Shown here in pieces: positions 12,482-25,270 of a stretch of DNA of 64,000 bases. This DNA comes from Squalus acanthias (Eukaryota): positions 118,794,001-118,858,000 of the forward strand of contig CM059431.1 of assembly GCA_030390025.1 (NCBI GenBank), read 5' to 3'. Numbering within the stretch: the stretch's first letter is position 1; every line of letters starts with the position of its first letter. A program made the translations under genes and the position numbers. The notes beneath the pieces are model-generated. The model saw only the letters and a list, made by a program, of their open reading frames with translations, did no database searches and was not told the DNA's origin.

Positions 12482-12747
12482 TGATTGCCAGTCCGACCCC
12501 TCCCCCCACTACCAACCCGCCATGTTTCCTGGTCCCCCCTCCCTCCTGATTTCCAGTCTGACCCCTCCCCCCACTACCAACCCGCCATGTTTCCTGGTCC
12601 CCCCTCCCTCCTGATTGCCAGTCCGACCCCTCCCCCCACTACCAACCCGCCATGTTTCCTGGTCCCCCCTCCCTCCTGATTGCCAGTCCGACCCCTCCCC
12701 CCACTACCAACCCGCCATGTTTCCTTGTCTCCCTTCCCTCCTGATTG
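12482..12747 (+). repeat. 65-bp C-rich minisatellite, 4 copies, inside a MITE-like element (about 12246-12760)
   Basis: TGATT(G)CCAGTCCGACCCCTCCCCCCACTACCAACCCGCCATGTTTCCTGG.. recurs at 12482, 12547, 12612 and 12677, with a partial copy at 12742. Confidence 0.95.
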
Positions 12748-13594
12748 TAAAATTGACCCTCGTTTCTGCTTGTTTGTGATAATTAAAGTAGTCTTAATGA
12801 GTTATGTAAAAAATACGTGCGAATTTCACATTAATAGAAATAAGTGCTTGTGAATGCTTAAGTTCCATGGTCTGAAAGTTTAAGTCATTAACACAGCTAT
12901 AGTAAGCAGATTAAATCCTTCTTTAAAATAATTAAAAAGCACTAATAGGGGAAAATTTCTGCTTCTGTGTTCCTGACACATGCTGAGAGTGTATATCAAT
13001 AGATTGTGCAGCCCCCACTCATCGGTTTCTGTCCATTAAAATTAATAAATGGAATTAAATTAATGAAGAGGTTGTGGGTGCGCAAATTTCCAATATGTGC
13101 CAGGAGCGGCAACTCGAGAGAAAAAATTACTTTTCAAACGGCTGCAATTTTGCTGCAATTTGCGCTTGTTTCGCTGATTGTGCCCAAAGTGGAGACTCTA
13201 CCCCAATATGTTTAAACTATGTACATATTTGCTTGTGTAGATATACAGATCTACAAATTCATTTAGATCTGGCTGTCAAGCTTTGGGAGGGCCAATGGCT
13301 TGATGGGTCTTCCATGGAGTAACATGGGTGTCAAACCAGTCACACAAGAACTGGAACCTGACCTTAGAGCCCTTCAAACTAGCTTATAAAAGACTCAAGG
13401 GAGGACTGAACAACAACATCCTGAAGGAGAAAGCCCAGTAGTTTTGCATACATTTGGTGAACAATTGCAGAGCCAAACTATTTCACCTACAGCATCTAAC
13501 CAAATTGAATAATGTAATAGAATATGGCCACGTCTTTCACTGTGTCTCAGTATATCTGGATTGCATTTTGCACAACTTATGAAGTAAGTCTATG

Positions 13595-14289
13595 GGGGGG
13601 AAAATTGAGTCGCGCCCCCTTTGAGGTGTTAACTTTGCCGGGGCGCTAATTTAACGCCCCGAAAAACTTAGCACCCCAAGAGGGAAGCGGGGCGCTACTG
13701 GAAGTGCCCCGCCTCCCTCTTGGGGCGCTGCGAGGGAATATCGCGGCGCTACGTGCCACAGCACTACATGCTACGGCACGTCGCGCCGCGGTACTGCAGG
13801 CCTTCCTCCCCTTCTTAAAGGGGAGGGGCCTTGCGCAGCATGACCCGGGGCCCAGCTGGGACACCAGGGATCAGAGTGCCAACAAAAGAGCCCGGCACTC
13901 AAGAGAGGTGCCGGGCTCACGGAGCATAGCGGGCACTCCGTGGGGGGCGGGGCTGAAGAGGAGGCCGGGGACGGCAACAGGGGCAGGTGCTGGCAGGCGG
14001 CCAGCAACAAAAATGGCCGCCCGGCAGCTTCCCTTTAATTAGCACCGCCCCGGCCGCAGGTAGGCCACCCTGACCCCGTCGGACATAGCGTCCAGCGGTA
14101 AGTCAGGGGGCGCTACCGAAGATCGTGGCTGGGGCGCTTGCAGGGCGCTGCGCATGGCGATGACATCATCACCGGTGGCGCAGCACCGTGGGGCGCTAAC
14201 AGTTACCACTGCCGCTAACTTCCTGCTGAATTTTGCGGGAGGCGTTGGCGGCGCCTCGGGAGGCAAAAAAGCAACCAAATTTTTCCCCC
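13595..14289. mobile_element. GC/CpG-rich Harbinger-type MITE
   Basis: TIRs GGGGGGAAAATTG ... CAAATTTTTCCCCC; flanking ATG/ATG duplication. Retained CpGs suggest a young copy. Confidence 0.8.
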
Positions 14290-14960
14290 ATGGAGTCTTC
14301 TAGCATGGGCTGGGTGTTGGGTAGAGATGTTGTGGGGTCACCATCTGACCAACTGTGGCTGATGTGTGCACTCTAGTAGAGTCTACAGTTTGTACAGCAC
14401 AATCCAGAGAAGGGCTTGCGGAGGACTCAGCAACAGCTATCAGAACTTCCCATCAATGATAGCCCAAATATCTGTACAGAACCTGGATCTTGCATCTTGT
14501 GAGACTAGCATGTTTTCTGGGAGCAGCATCCTGATGATGAATTAGGTTTAATTAGCTGTGAATATATAATTGGTGGTGTTTCACATAACATATTGGACTG
14601 TCCATGAACTGCTGATTTTGAAATAAGGCAATTGCATGAGACAGAGGACTACATATTAACTGATTTACTGCAGGCGCATGACACTATTATGGACATGGAA
14701 CATTATACTTGAGGATTTACAAGACTTTATAAATATTGTTGGCACACATACTGAAAGATATTTGATGCGTATTTGTATGGTAATTTACTGAGTTCTAAGA
14801 AAAAAATGGCAGACATTAGTCATATCACTAAACTTAGCAGTGAAAATTGATGTTGAGGTATTGTTGTTGACACATTAGATAGTCAACATTTGTGCTATCA
14901 TCTTTTTAGGTACACTTGATTTGTGTTGTTATTATGGTATATGACCCTGTTCAAGTCAAT

Positions 14961-15729
14961 GGCCCGGATTTTGCGGTCAGCGGCGAAGTGATGGTGCTCG
15001 CCGCTGACCTCGAAGAAAGCTGCCCACAAAGATCTAACGATCTCTGTCGCATTGATTTCACCTTTCACAACACTAATTTGATTCTGGCACCAAGTCTAGG
15101 GGATCTCCAGCACCAGCAACAGTGATGTGATCAGGTTGGCTAAGCAGCTAATCGCATTGAAGAATTCTCACAGACAGCAAACCAGGAAGTAAAATGCACT
15201 GATTATCCTGCACTTTTTATACATTTTACAGAGAGTGAAATAAAGATTGGGACAGACACATGGGATTAAGGTCGAAGCTGAAATATCATAAAGAAATATT
15301 TTTTCTTAAATAATAATTTTTATTCTATTAAAAATATGGCATTTTTATCCTGGAAAAATTGAACATTCCATAAATATAAACTTAGTTTTTCAGGGCCAGT
15401 GAGGTTGTTCAGTAGTAATTATGACTTAGTATGGCATTAAAAACCCAGTTACACCTCATTGAACAAGCCATAACGTTTTTGGGGGGTTCTAACAGCGATA
15501 TTACAGTGAACGGGGAAATTCTCGTCAGTTCAGTGATTTCTCAAAGATTGCTGTCTGTGGGGTCTTCACTAGCACTCCCTGTGGAGGAGCAGGGAATCAC
15601 TGACAGCAACTTCTAGATTTCCACTTTTAACTGTGCATGTGTGGACGCCCGAAGCTGCTGTCAGTTTCACAGGGTAATGACGGCGAATGCTGACAGTTTT
15701 ACCGCCATTATAAGCTCAAAATCTGGGCC
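14961..15729. mobile_element. Harbinger-type MITE
   Basis: TIRs GGCCCGGATTTTG ... CAAAATCTGGGCC; flanks AAT/ATT. Confidence 0.8.
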
Positions 15730-16041
15730 ATTAACTTATTTGCGACAATCACCTGCAATTCTCAGCACTTCAGCCTATTTCTGACAATCATAACCCAGGC
15801 CTTTTGATTAATCTCTTTGTTCAATAACAATGTTTCATTGTCAGAGAATACATATTTCATTATTCGGAATCATTTAACGAATGAAAAGAGTTCAGGCTCA
15901 CAGAAACAAAGTGGACGTTTTTTGCCTGCCTACCATCCATTCATGCTCTATATTGGGGCCGTCAACAGACAAAATTCATTTATAAACCTCCCGCCCACTG
16001 GCCACCCAACGCCTGCCTGACTCGATTTTCAGGTAGACCTT

Positions 16042-16088
16042 AGAACATAAGAAATAGGAGCAGGAGTAGGCCATACAGCCCCTCGAGC
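16042..16088 (-). mobile_element. Very short CR1 3'-tail insertion inside a MITE-like sequence
   Basis: AGAACATAAGAAATAGGAGCAGGAGTAGGCC..CCCTCGAGCC matches the CR1 tails at 33388 and 34347; CCTTA occurs at both junctions. Confidence 0.75.
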
Positions 16089-17436
16089 CTTAAAATGGAT
16101 GGCCGGCGCTCCCGCCCGTAACAGGTGGGAGCCTTATTTCAATATTGAATTCGGGGTCCTACGCTGGTTGTAGAATTCTGACACTGTTTTCATGCATCAA
16201 TGGGCAGAACTGCACATGCTCTGCCCAGCGGTACTGAGCACGAGAGTCCTAACCACTGGTCCTTAAAGGGACCACTGGAGCCACTTCTATTCACAAAAGC
16301 ATCTTCCGGCCCGCTACTGGCCCGCCACTGCGCCCCTACCCCCCGAGATTGTCTCTCTCCCCGTTAACCCTGAACTTACAGCTTGGCTCCCTACTCTGTG
16401 ACTGGGACACTGCCTGGGAGCGCTGGTTCAACACTCGCAGCTCCTTGGCATTAAGTAGCTGAGGCCCGGCCATGAAAATGTCGCGGAGCTCCCGCTAGTG
16501 CAATCAGGCAGGCAGTACGATCGCTCTGCCCACCTGCCGCCCAATCTGCACACTGCACAAAACTGTCCTGATTCTTCCAGAGTTTCAGTAAGAGTCACTA
16601 GCTTCCCTTATTGGTGCCACTGTCTGTAATCAGAAAATAAAGGGAGATTTTCCTGGGACTGTTCCAGCCACACTGGGCATATTGAATATCAGAAAATTGG
16701 GTACGCGGATCAGATGCCTGTAAAAGAACCCGCCTGTGTTTTGTTCTTCTTAAATTATTGGAAGGAAAATCAGATGGATTCCTTCATATACATGCTCTCC
16801 AAATCGCCCAACTTTCCGTTATTGATATAAATACTGACTATAATGGCACAGAGGAATATTAACAGTAACTTAGCAAATAAGTTATTGGAAGTGAAAATAG
16901 CAAGATTATGCAAATTACATTATACATGATAGGATAATGCATGTATTACAGAGCGGAATTGCCATTGGTCAAATCACCTTGTGCTAAGCCCCACAGCCCT
17001 TATGTTTAATACGAAGATCTCCACATAGTAGGCATGCACAGCATCCAACAGACCTAAAGGTACTCTCACCATATGAGGAAAGAATAAGAGATTGTTTAGA
17101 AGGGAGATTCTTAAGTGAATAGGGGGCAAAATTGGGCTCTGTAGCACCTATTATTTGGGCGCTACGGGCCTCTTAAACTACGAAAATGGCGTCCGCATCA
17201 TGCAGACTCATCCGATGGGAAGTGCGCCGGACGCCATCTTTGTAAAGGGGTTAGTGCGCCCACCTAACAACTGCCGGCAGAATGCAAAGCAGGCAGATCA
17301 CAATGTCTATCAGCGTCTAATGCTGATTTGACTCCTGCGCTGCCAATTTGGAGCTCTACGCTCCAGCCTATGCCATCTCTTAACTTCACATAGCTGAACA
17401 CGATGTTAAATAACATGACGGATCACCCACCAGCAC

Positions 17437-17448
17437 TATTTAAAGGGA
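17437..17448 (+). promoter_or_regulatory. TATA-like box upstream of the Harbinger transposase
   Basis: TATTTAAAGGGA, followed by donor CAG|GTTAGT (17465/17466) and acceptor TTGCTTTCAG (17630) just before the ATG. The same 12-mer is at 57310. Confidence 0.45.
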
Positions 17449-17632
17449 TCATGGACTACTTACAGGTTAGTTGCTGGATTATTTCTTTTGGCTGTTGCTA
17501 CAATTTGACCTGTTTTGGGTGCTTTTCCATACCTGTTAAAAGTTTCAGTAGCCTACAGGGAGTGGTCTGGCTGGTGCTAAAGTACTTTTTTGGTGACTTA
17601 AAGGCTTGTGCACAAATCAGTTGCTTTCAGAC

Positions 17633-18844
17633 ATGGGTGGCCTAGTAGGGCTTCCTCTTGGCATTGAACATGACTGGGAGAATGAGCAGAGGCCAAGCAG
17701 AACAGGAAAAGCTGCTAGAAGAGGGAGGAGGAGCAAAGAGAAAAAGGCTCTTAGCAGGAGGAGATATCTGCAGAGGGTGTTTAAGGAGTAATTCTCTTAC
17801 TTGAACTTTAGCAACGACCAATCCTTGAGACGTCTGTGCTTCACTGAAGAGGTCATGCCTGAAACCTGCCATCTGCTGCAGCCACAACTCCAACCTCAGA
17901 GCAGGGCAAGGGCCACATTGCCTGTGGCTGTGAAGGAGACCGTGTCTCTGAACGTTTATGTGTCTGGCTCCTTCCAGGCTGCTGCTGGAGATATAAGTAA
18001 CATCTCGCAGTTTGCAGTGCACTGCTGCATAAGGGAGGTCACTGAGGCTCTCTATGCAAAGAGAGACAACTTCATCTCATTCCTTCTTACCAGAGACAAA
18101 CAGGTGGAGCGAGCATGAGGGTTTGCATGGATTGCAGTCTTCCCCATGATGCTGGGTGCCATTGACTGCATGCACATTGCTTTGCCTGCACCTCATGTCA
18201 ACTCTGTCATTTTCATGAACTGGAAGGAATTCCAGTGTCTCAACGTGCAGCTGGTGTGTGACCATAGGCAGCGTATCATATAGGTCAATGCCCTGTATCC
18301 TGGCAGCAGTCATTATGTGTTCATTCTGTGGCAGTCTGCTGTACCAGCTGTATTTCAACCACCACAGCAAACCAAGGGATGACTACTGGGTGACAAGGGT
18401 TATCCAGTCATGATATGGCTCTTGACTCCAGTTTGGAACCACGCACTTGTGCACAGCAGGCATATAACGAGAGCCATGCTGCCACAAGAAATCTTATAAA
18501 GCAGACCATTGGCAACCTCAAGCAATGCTTCTGCGGCCTCGACCGCTCTGGAGATGCCCTACAATACTCAGCTGAGTGGGTCTCAAGATTTGCCGTGGTA
18601 TGCTGCATGCTACACTAGCTTACCATCATGAGGGAACAGCCCTTGCCACCACCTATCAGGCAAGAAGCTGAGGAGCAGGAGCATGAGGAGGCAGAGGAAG
18701 AGGAGGTGGAAGAAGAGGAGGTGGAGGAAGAGGAGGTGGAGGAAGAGGAAGTGGTAGAGGAGGAAGAGGAAGTGAGGCTGCACTTAGACAGCCCCTTTTT
18801 GCCGGGCTCTACGTGAACAAATAATTCATGAGCGATACCAGTAA
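17633..18844 (+). pseudogene. HARBI1-like DDE transposase pseudogene
   Basis: LPVAVKETVSL..SGSFQAAAGDISNISQFAVHCCIREVT, GAIDCMHIAL, LLGDKGYP, YNESHAATR..LDRSGDALQYS..VCCMLH and a Glu-rich tail; several stops and a frameshift. Confidence 0.92.
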
Positions 18845-19029
18845 CCTCAAGCCCAATTCCCCATTCACCAACAGTCCCACACTCCTTACCTTTCCTCTGT
18901 CACTGACCATCACATCGTCCTCTTTCCCACAATGCAAAAATAAAAGCCAACACAAAATACACATTCCAATCCAAATTTATAAATTAAATCATGCTATACT
19001 GCATACAAAAAAAACTATTCACCCTTGTG

Positions 19030-21000
19030 CATTCCCTTAGTGCCTCTTCCGTGTGCCTTTACCTGTCCTAGTGCTCATATGAAGTGCTTCCTCAGTGGCT
19101 ACAGCATGGCTGGTGGAAGGCTGCTGACTTTCAGTGGAGAAGACTGCAGATGGCCTTGGAGAGTGACCTCGAACAGCTCTGGGCTGAGAAGGCCGGGCTG
19201 CAGACTGCACCATCTCAGCCTGGGCTGCAGCAGTCTGGGCTGGCGAGCTGACAGGCAAACGCAAGGTTACTGGTGGAGTGGCGGGGTGGGAGCATGAATG
19301 CTATCACCCTGAGAGAGGACAGCAGGTTCGTACTCCATGGAGTCACTGCCACTCTCCTGGGTCGGCAACTCAGCAATCCTAGTAATCTGTTGGAGAACAG
19401 ATTGCTGGAGTGCTGACGCCCTGGAAGCCCCTTTGCACACTGGTGTCCAGAGCCATGATGATGGCAGCAGCCTGAGCTTCCACTGCAGCACTCAGACGTT
19501 GGGTAGCTGCTGCTTGTGCTGCACTGGAAGCTGAGACATTGACCATCAGACGCTGCATCATTTTTTAATATTTGTTTATGGATCTGGGCGTCGCTGGCAA
19601 GGCCAGCATTTATTGCCCATCCCTAGTTGCTCTTGAGAAGGTGGTGGTGAGCCACCTTCTTGAACCGCTGCAGTCCGTGTGCTGTTAGGTAGGGAGTTCC
19701 AGGATTTTGACCCAGTGACGATGAAGGATCGGCGATATACTTCTAAGTCAGGATGGTGTGTGACTTGGAGGGGAACTTGGAGGTGGTGGTATTCCCATGC
19801 GCCTGCTGCCCTTGTTCTTCTAGATGGAAGAGGTCGCGGGTTTGGGAGGTGCTGCCAATGAAGCCTTGGTGAGTTGCTGCAGTGCATCTTGTAGATGGTA
19901 CACACTGCAGCCACGGTACGCCGGTGGTGGAGGGAGTGAATGTTTAAGGTGGTGGATGGGATGCATCAAACGGGCTGCTTTGTCCTGGATGGTGTCGAGC
20001 TTCTTGAGTGTTGTTGGAGCTGTACTCATCCAGGCATGTGGAGAGTATTCCATCACACTCTTTCCTTGTGCCTTGTAGATGGTGGAAAGACTTTGGGGAG
20101 TCAGAAGGTGAGACACTCGCCGCAGAATACCTAGCCTCTGACCTGCTCTTGTTGCCACAGTATTTATGTGGCTGGTCCAGTTAAGTTTCTGGTCAATGGT
20201 GACCCCCAGGATGTTGATGGTGGGGGATTCGGCGATAGTAATGCCATTGAATGTCAAGGGGAGGTGGTTAGACTCTCGCTTGTTGGAGATCATCATTGCC
20301 TGGCACTTCTGTGGCGCGAATATTACCTACCACTTATCAGCCCAAGCCTGAAAGTCGTCCAGGTGTTGTTGCATGCGGGCATGGACTGCTTCATTATCTG
20401 AGGAGTTGTGAATGGCACTGAACACTGTGCTGTCATCAGCGAACATCCCCATTTCTGACCTTATGTTGGAGGGAAGGTCATTGATGAAGCAGCTGAAGAC
20501 GGATGGGCCTAGGTCACTGCCCTGAGGAACTCCTGCAGCAATGTCCTGGGGCTGAGATGATTGACCTACAACCACCACACCTGTGGTTGCCATGTTCCAC
20601 ATTGTGAGATGTGGGTGCGAGGCTTGCAACAGTGCTAAGTGTGTGAGGGTCAGGTAAAGCATGTGAATGTTAAGTATGAGTCTTGATTGATAGAGATTGT
20701 TGGTGGTGAGTGATGGGGATGTAATGAACTGAGCTGTGGATGAGGCTAGTGGCATTTGAAGATGCATTCACTGACCTTGACAACTCGTGTGAGATCATTA
20801 AACTTCTTCCTGCACTGCATCCAGGTCCTTGGGGCATTGGCCTTTGCTGCTATCTCTTGCCACTGTCTTCTGAGCATGTGTCTGTGGGGCCGAGCCCCCC
20901 TGAGCATACAGGACATCTCTCCTTCTTTCCATCTCTTCCACCAAGACCTCCAGTGCAGCATTTAAAAACATTGGTCAGCCATTGTTTATTCTTCCACAGC
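19030..21000 (-). pseudogene. Harbinger Myb/SANT-like gene (copy 1), disrupted
   Basis: Exon 1 ..LEVLVEEMERRRDVLY..WQEIAAKANAPRTWMQCRKKFNDLTRVVK|GTCAGT (ends 20776). Remainder of the last exon at about 19030-19561. Confidence 0.8.
19562..20578 (-). mobile_element. CR1-group LINE RT fragment (same family as 10872-12118)
   Basis: GVPQGSDLGPSVFSCFINDL, GMFADD, INILGVTIDQKLNW; same 3' UTR as the 10.9-kb copy. Confidence 0.88.
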
Positions 21001-21833
21001 ACAATATTCAGAATGATCTCAGCACCACCAGCAGCCACAATGCACTTTCCCTTTAAGAGGTGCAGGCTAGCTTTAAGTGGTGCTAGGCACTCATGATATT
21101 GGGCCCCCTGCTGATGCGTGCAGCCAATGAACAGTGTGGGGAGCTCTGGCTGCATGCAGCAATCGTGGAAATGAGCAGGCAGCATGAAGTTGGCGTCCTG
21201 CCTGCATTGCAATGAACGGGGACGGGTTAATCGCGCAACGCGATCCCTGTGTCAGTTTTCAGGGGTTATCCAATTTAACCCCCACAGTCTGTGGAGACTG
21301 GTGTTACAATTTTGAGGTTTTACTCTAGATATTTTTCTTGCATTCAGTATTTCACACCACTTCTGCTGGTGAACCCTCAGTCCCTATGAGATTTGTGTGC
21401 ACATTTCCATGTCTAATATCTAGGTAATTTCTAGCAAGCCCAAGGATCGACCATTGGCCGTGTATTCTCACATGATCTTCTTCAAAAGACTGTCGAATAA
21501 ACTGGATGCCAGCTTATGGCTATAAACTGACAAAAAAGATTTATTAAAGAGAAAATGGACATGTTAAGGGATCCAATGACACACTGTAGATTTACAATAG
21601 TTACAGATTTAACTATCCCTCCTTGAAAGATAGCAAAATAATAAACAGCCACTATGTGCGATGTACACTGAACTTGACACAAGGGTATGAATTTCGACTG
21701 TAGTGGTAACGCAAAACAGGTGCTAGCCAATCGACAGCACGTTTTACAAACCCCCCTCCCCCCGCTTTTCTTTTCCTATGAAGTAGAAACGGAGCTTCAC
21801 TAGATCCATTTGGAGATAAGGCTCTGACATTGT

Positions 21834-22586
21834 GGACCAGATATTTACGCAGGACCATGAAGATAGCAGGGAGGGGCAGGGACCAGACGGGGAACCCAGA
21901 AGTACGGGTTTCCTGGACGTCCTGCAGAAATTAACAGCAGGACGCCTTTTAAATTTTTTCAGCAGGTTTCCTGCCTGACAGCCGGCCTGATTGACAGGCT
22001 GCCTGCCTGTCAAGTGGGAAAGCAGCTGAGGAGCGGATGCCAGGTAAGTAGGAGACCGCGGGGGTTGGGTGGGGGTTCGGCTGATCGCTTGTGGGGGAGG
22101 GTTGGAATGAATCGAAGATCGTGGGGGGAGTCGGAGATGAGGGTGAGCACTCGAAGATCACGGGGGGAGGGGGGCGGTGGGTGTGGAGTTGGAGATCGCA
22201 GAGTCCAATCATGGAGTGTGCAAAGAAGTTAACTTGTTGGGCCTGGCGGAGACATTCCTGCTCCTCCTGGCCCACAAACAGTGCTGTAAATGTACTTACC
22301 TCATGGATCTGGCCCTTCTCGCCTCCTTTTACCTGTTGGGATTTGAAGGCCCGGGAAATCCGACTTCCCTGGGTTAAGAATAAAATTCCTTTTAAAATGG
22401 AGGCACGAGGCTTTTACTGACTGATCCGCCTCCTGAGAGCAGATCGGTCGCCCGCCCCCCTGCCCCGCCACTGTTGAAACCAGAAGTGGGCGGGTGAGTC
22501 GGGTTGCGGTCAGGTTTGAGATTTTTTTTAAAAATTCTACCCTGCTGCACCCCACCCACCCAGCCTTGGAGGTTAAAGTTACTCCC
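21834..22586. mobile_element. Harbinger-type MITE
   Basis: Degenerate TIRs (GGACCAGATATTT / AAAGTTACTCCC), TGT/TGT duplication, GC-rich interior like the other MITEs. Confidence 0.6.
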
Positions 22587-23099
22587 TGTATCTTTGTTTT
22601 TGCACTGGATCTTACATCTAGTGAGTCTCTGCATCGTCAGTGGAGCGTCACAATTTCTGCCCTCTCTATTTTTTAGTGAGCACAGGAAAATTAAAGGAAA
22701 CATTTGATGTTGATATGAAGGAATAATTGATCTTTGCTCAATCTCCAGAAATGTCAAGAGATCTTAAACACTCTTAACATAAACATGTCTCTCATTTTGT
22801 GCTGGCCATGCTCCTGAAGCAGTTTCAGGACCATTGCTGAGCACAGACTTCATCAGAATGTCCAGCACATTTGTCATTGGCCCTGATGGGACACATTGAC
22901 ATTAAGACTTTGGAATGAAGCCATGTTGAGATCCATCACTAAGGGTCGTTTGAAGAATATTTTGTTTGATCTTTGTCCAACCATCCAAATGAATACTGGA
23001 TGGAGTGGTGTGATCCAGCAGATACTAATGTAGTTTCTTGTGAATTTTTATCAAAAAAAAGTTACTTTTGATAGATGGTCATGTGATAGCTGGGGCCCT

Positions 23100-24352
23100 C
23101 TTTGAGGATGTAACGAGCAGGGTGGATAAAGGTGAGCCAGTGGATGTGGTGTATTTGGATTTCCATAAGACATTCAATACGGTGCCACATAGAAGGTTAC
23201 TGCATAAGATAAGAGCTCACGGAGTTGGGGGTAATATATGGGCATGGATAGAGAATTGGCTAACTAACAGAAAGCAGAGAGTCGGGATAAATGGGTAATT
23301 TTCTGGTTGGCAAACGGTAACTAGTGGGGTGCCACAGGGATTGGTGCTGGGGCCTCAACTATTTACAATTTACAATTTACATTAATGACTTGGATGAAGG
23401 GACCGAGTGTAATGTAGCCAAGTTTGCGGATGATACAAAGATGGTGGGAAAGCAAGTTGTGCAGAGGACTCAAAGAATCTGCAAAGGGATATAGACAGGC
23501 TAAGTGAATGGGCAAACATTTGGCAGATGGAGTATAATGTGGGAAAGTGTGAGGTTATCCACTTTGGCAGGAAAAATAAAAAAGCAAATTATTATTTAAA
23601 TGGAGAGATTACAAAATGCTACAGTTCAGAGGGACCTGGGGGTCCTTGTACATGAATCACAAAAAGTTAGCATGCAGGTACAGCAAGTAATCAAAAAGGC
23701 AAATGGAATGTTGGCCTTTATTGCAAGGGGGTTGGAGTATAAAATCAGGGAAGTCCTGCTACAACTGTACAGGGTATTGGTGAGACCACACCTTGAGTAC
23801 TGCGTACAGTTTTGGTCTCCTTATTTAAGGAAGGATATACTTGCATTGGAGGCAGTTCAGAGACGATTCACACGGTTGATTCCTGAGATGAGGGGGTTGA
23901 CTTATGAAGAAAGGTTGAGCAGGTTGGACCTATACTCATTGGAATTTAGAAGAATGAGAGGTGATCTTATTGAAACATATAAGATACTGAGGGGGCTCAA
24001 CAAGGTAGATGCAGAGAGGATGTTTCCCCTTGTGGGGAAATCTAGAACTCGGGGGCATAGTTTCAGAATAAAGGGTCGCCCTTTTAAAACTGAGATGAGA
24101 AGGAATTTCTTCTCTCAGAGGGTCGTAAATCTGTGGAATTCTCTGCCCCAGAGAGCCGTGGAGGCTGGATCATTAAATACATTTAAGGTGGAGATAGACA
24201 GATTTTTACAAGATAAGGGAGTGAAGGGTTATGGGGAGCGGGCGGGGAAGTGGCTTTGAGCCCAAGATCAGCCATGATCTTATTGAATGGCGGAGCAGGC
24301 TCGAGGGGCCAAGTGTCCTATTCCTGCTCCTATTTCTTATGTTCTTATGTTC
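23100..24352 (+). mobile_element. CR1 LINE, 5'-truncated (RT to 3' UTR)
   Basis: FEDVTSRVDKGEPVDVVYLDF, KFADD, RDLGVLVHES..LVRPHLEYCVQFWSP; tail (TTATGTTC)n. Confidence 0.95.
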
Positions 24353-25079
24353 TCATTGAACTTTGTCTGATTGTGCCAGATTGGTAAGCATAGAGCTTCG
24401 GGAGAACAGTGGCCGGGTCGGGGGGAATTGGAACCGTCGGGTGTGGGGCGGTGGGGTGGGGGCGATAGCAGGCCGCGCTCTTTTAATGCGGCGTCGGGAG
24501 GACCAGTCCTGCTCCTCACGGCTCCACATTCACGTAAGTATGTGGGACTTCCTGTCGGTTGGCGCCATGTTGTGCTGTGCGAGTTCAGCACACGGTGAGC
24601 AAAACGCTGTAGCATTCGAAAATGGAGGACCCTAATTTAATTAATATTTCCATCTTTGAATGTTCCTGACATGCGTTCCTGACACCAGCGCAAATACCTT
24701 ATCCAATATGGTGGGTGGCACACTTCTGGCCGTGAGTGCTTCCTGCCTGCCATATTGGAGGCTTAGGAGGCCATTTAGCACCTGAAAAATGGGCGCTGCA
24801 CAGCTGAATTTCTGAGCCGCCTTGTGCTAATAACACTCAGGTTTTATTAATAAATTCATGCACATAATTATTCATAGCTCCTGGTGCAGACTTAAATGGC
24901 TGCAGCCAGCACACTGGTGCTGGGCAGGGAAAACTGTGCGCAGATAAAACTTTTATAAAGTATAGACGGTTAAAAATGGGACGAATTTGCCAAGGTTTAA
25001 AGGAAAGAGGGTGAAAAAGTGACAGGCAAAAACGAAGGGGAAGGAAGCCCAACATGCAGGCATGTGTCTGCAGGCAGCA

Positions 25080-25270
25080 GCCCTGCACCCGACTCCCTGC
25101 TTGATGGCTGCTGAAGTAGAGTTGGTCCTCCATGCAAAGGTTGCAAGAAGGGTTGCCCTCTGTGGCATTTCATACCACTATGTCCATGGAAGGAAGTGGA
25201 TGCCGGGTTAAATCCGCAGGTTATCAGTTTTGTTCGTGCTGTGCCAACCCGATGTTGTAAAGTAGTTACA
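25080..25270 (+). pseudogene. Decayed Myb/SANT-like exon relic
   Basis: TPCLMAAEVELVLHAKVARRVALCG..WKEVDAGL resembles the other Harbinger Myb exon-1 copies. Confidence 0.35.

Larger units (their letters stand above)
17122..21283. mobile_element. Full-length but inactive two-gene PIF/Harbinger transposon (copy 1)
   Basis: TIRs GGGGGCAAAATTGG ... CCAATTTAACCCCC. Transposase on +, Myb gene on -, LINE inserted at 19562-20578. Confidence 0.85.

Noticed and set aside
12482..12747. CRISPR array
   Set aside because: Head-to-tail units with no unique spacers, in a eukaryotic context.
13595..14289. CpG-island promoter
   Set aside because: The GC-rich block coincides exactly with a TIR- and TSD-bounded MITE.
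17633..18844. Domesticated HARBI1 gene
   Set aside because: Multiple stops and a frameshift, and it lies between TIRs.
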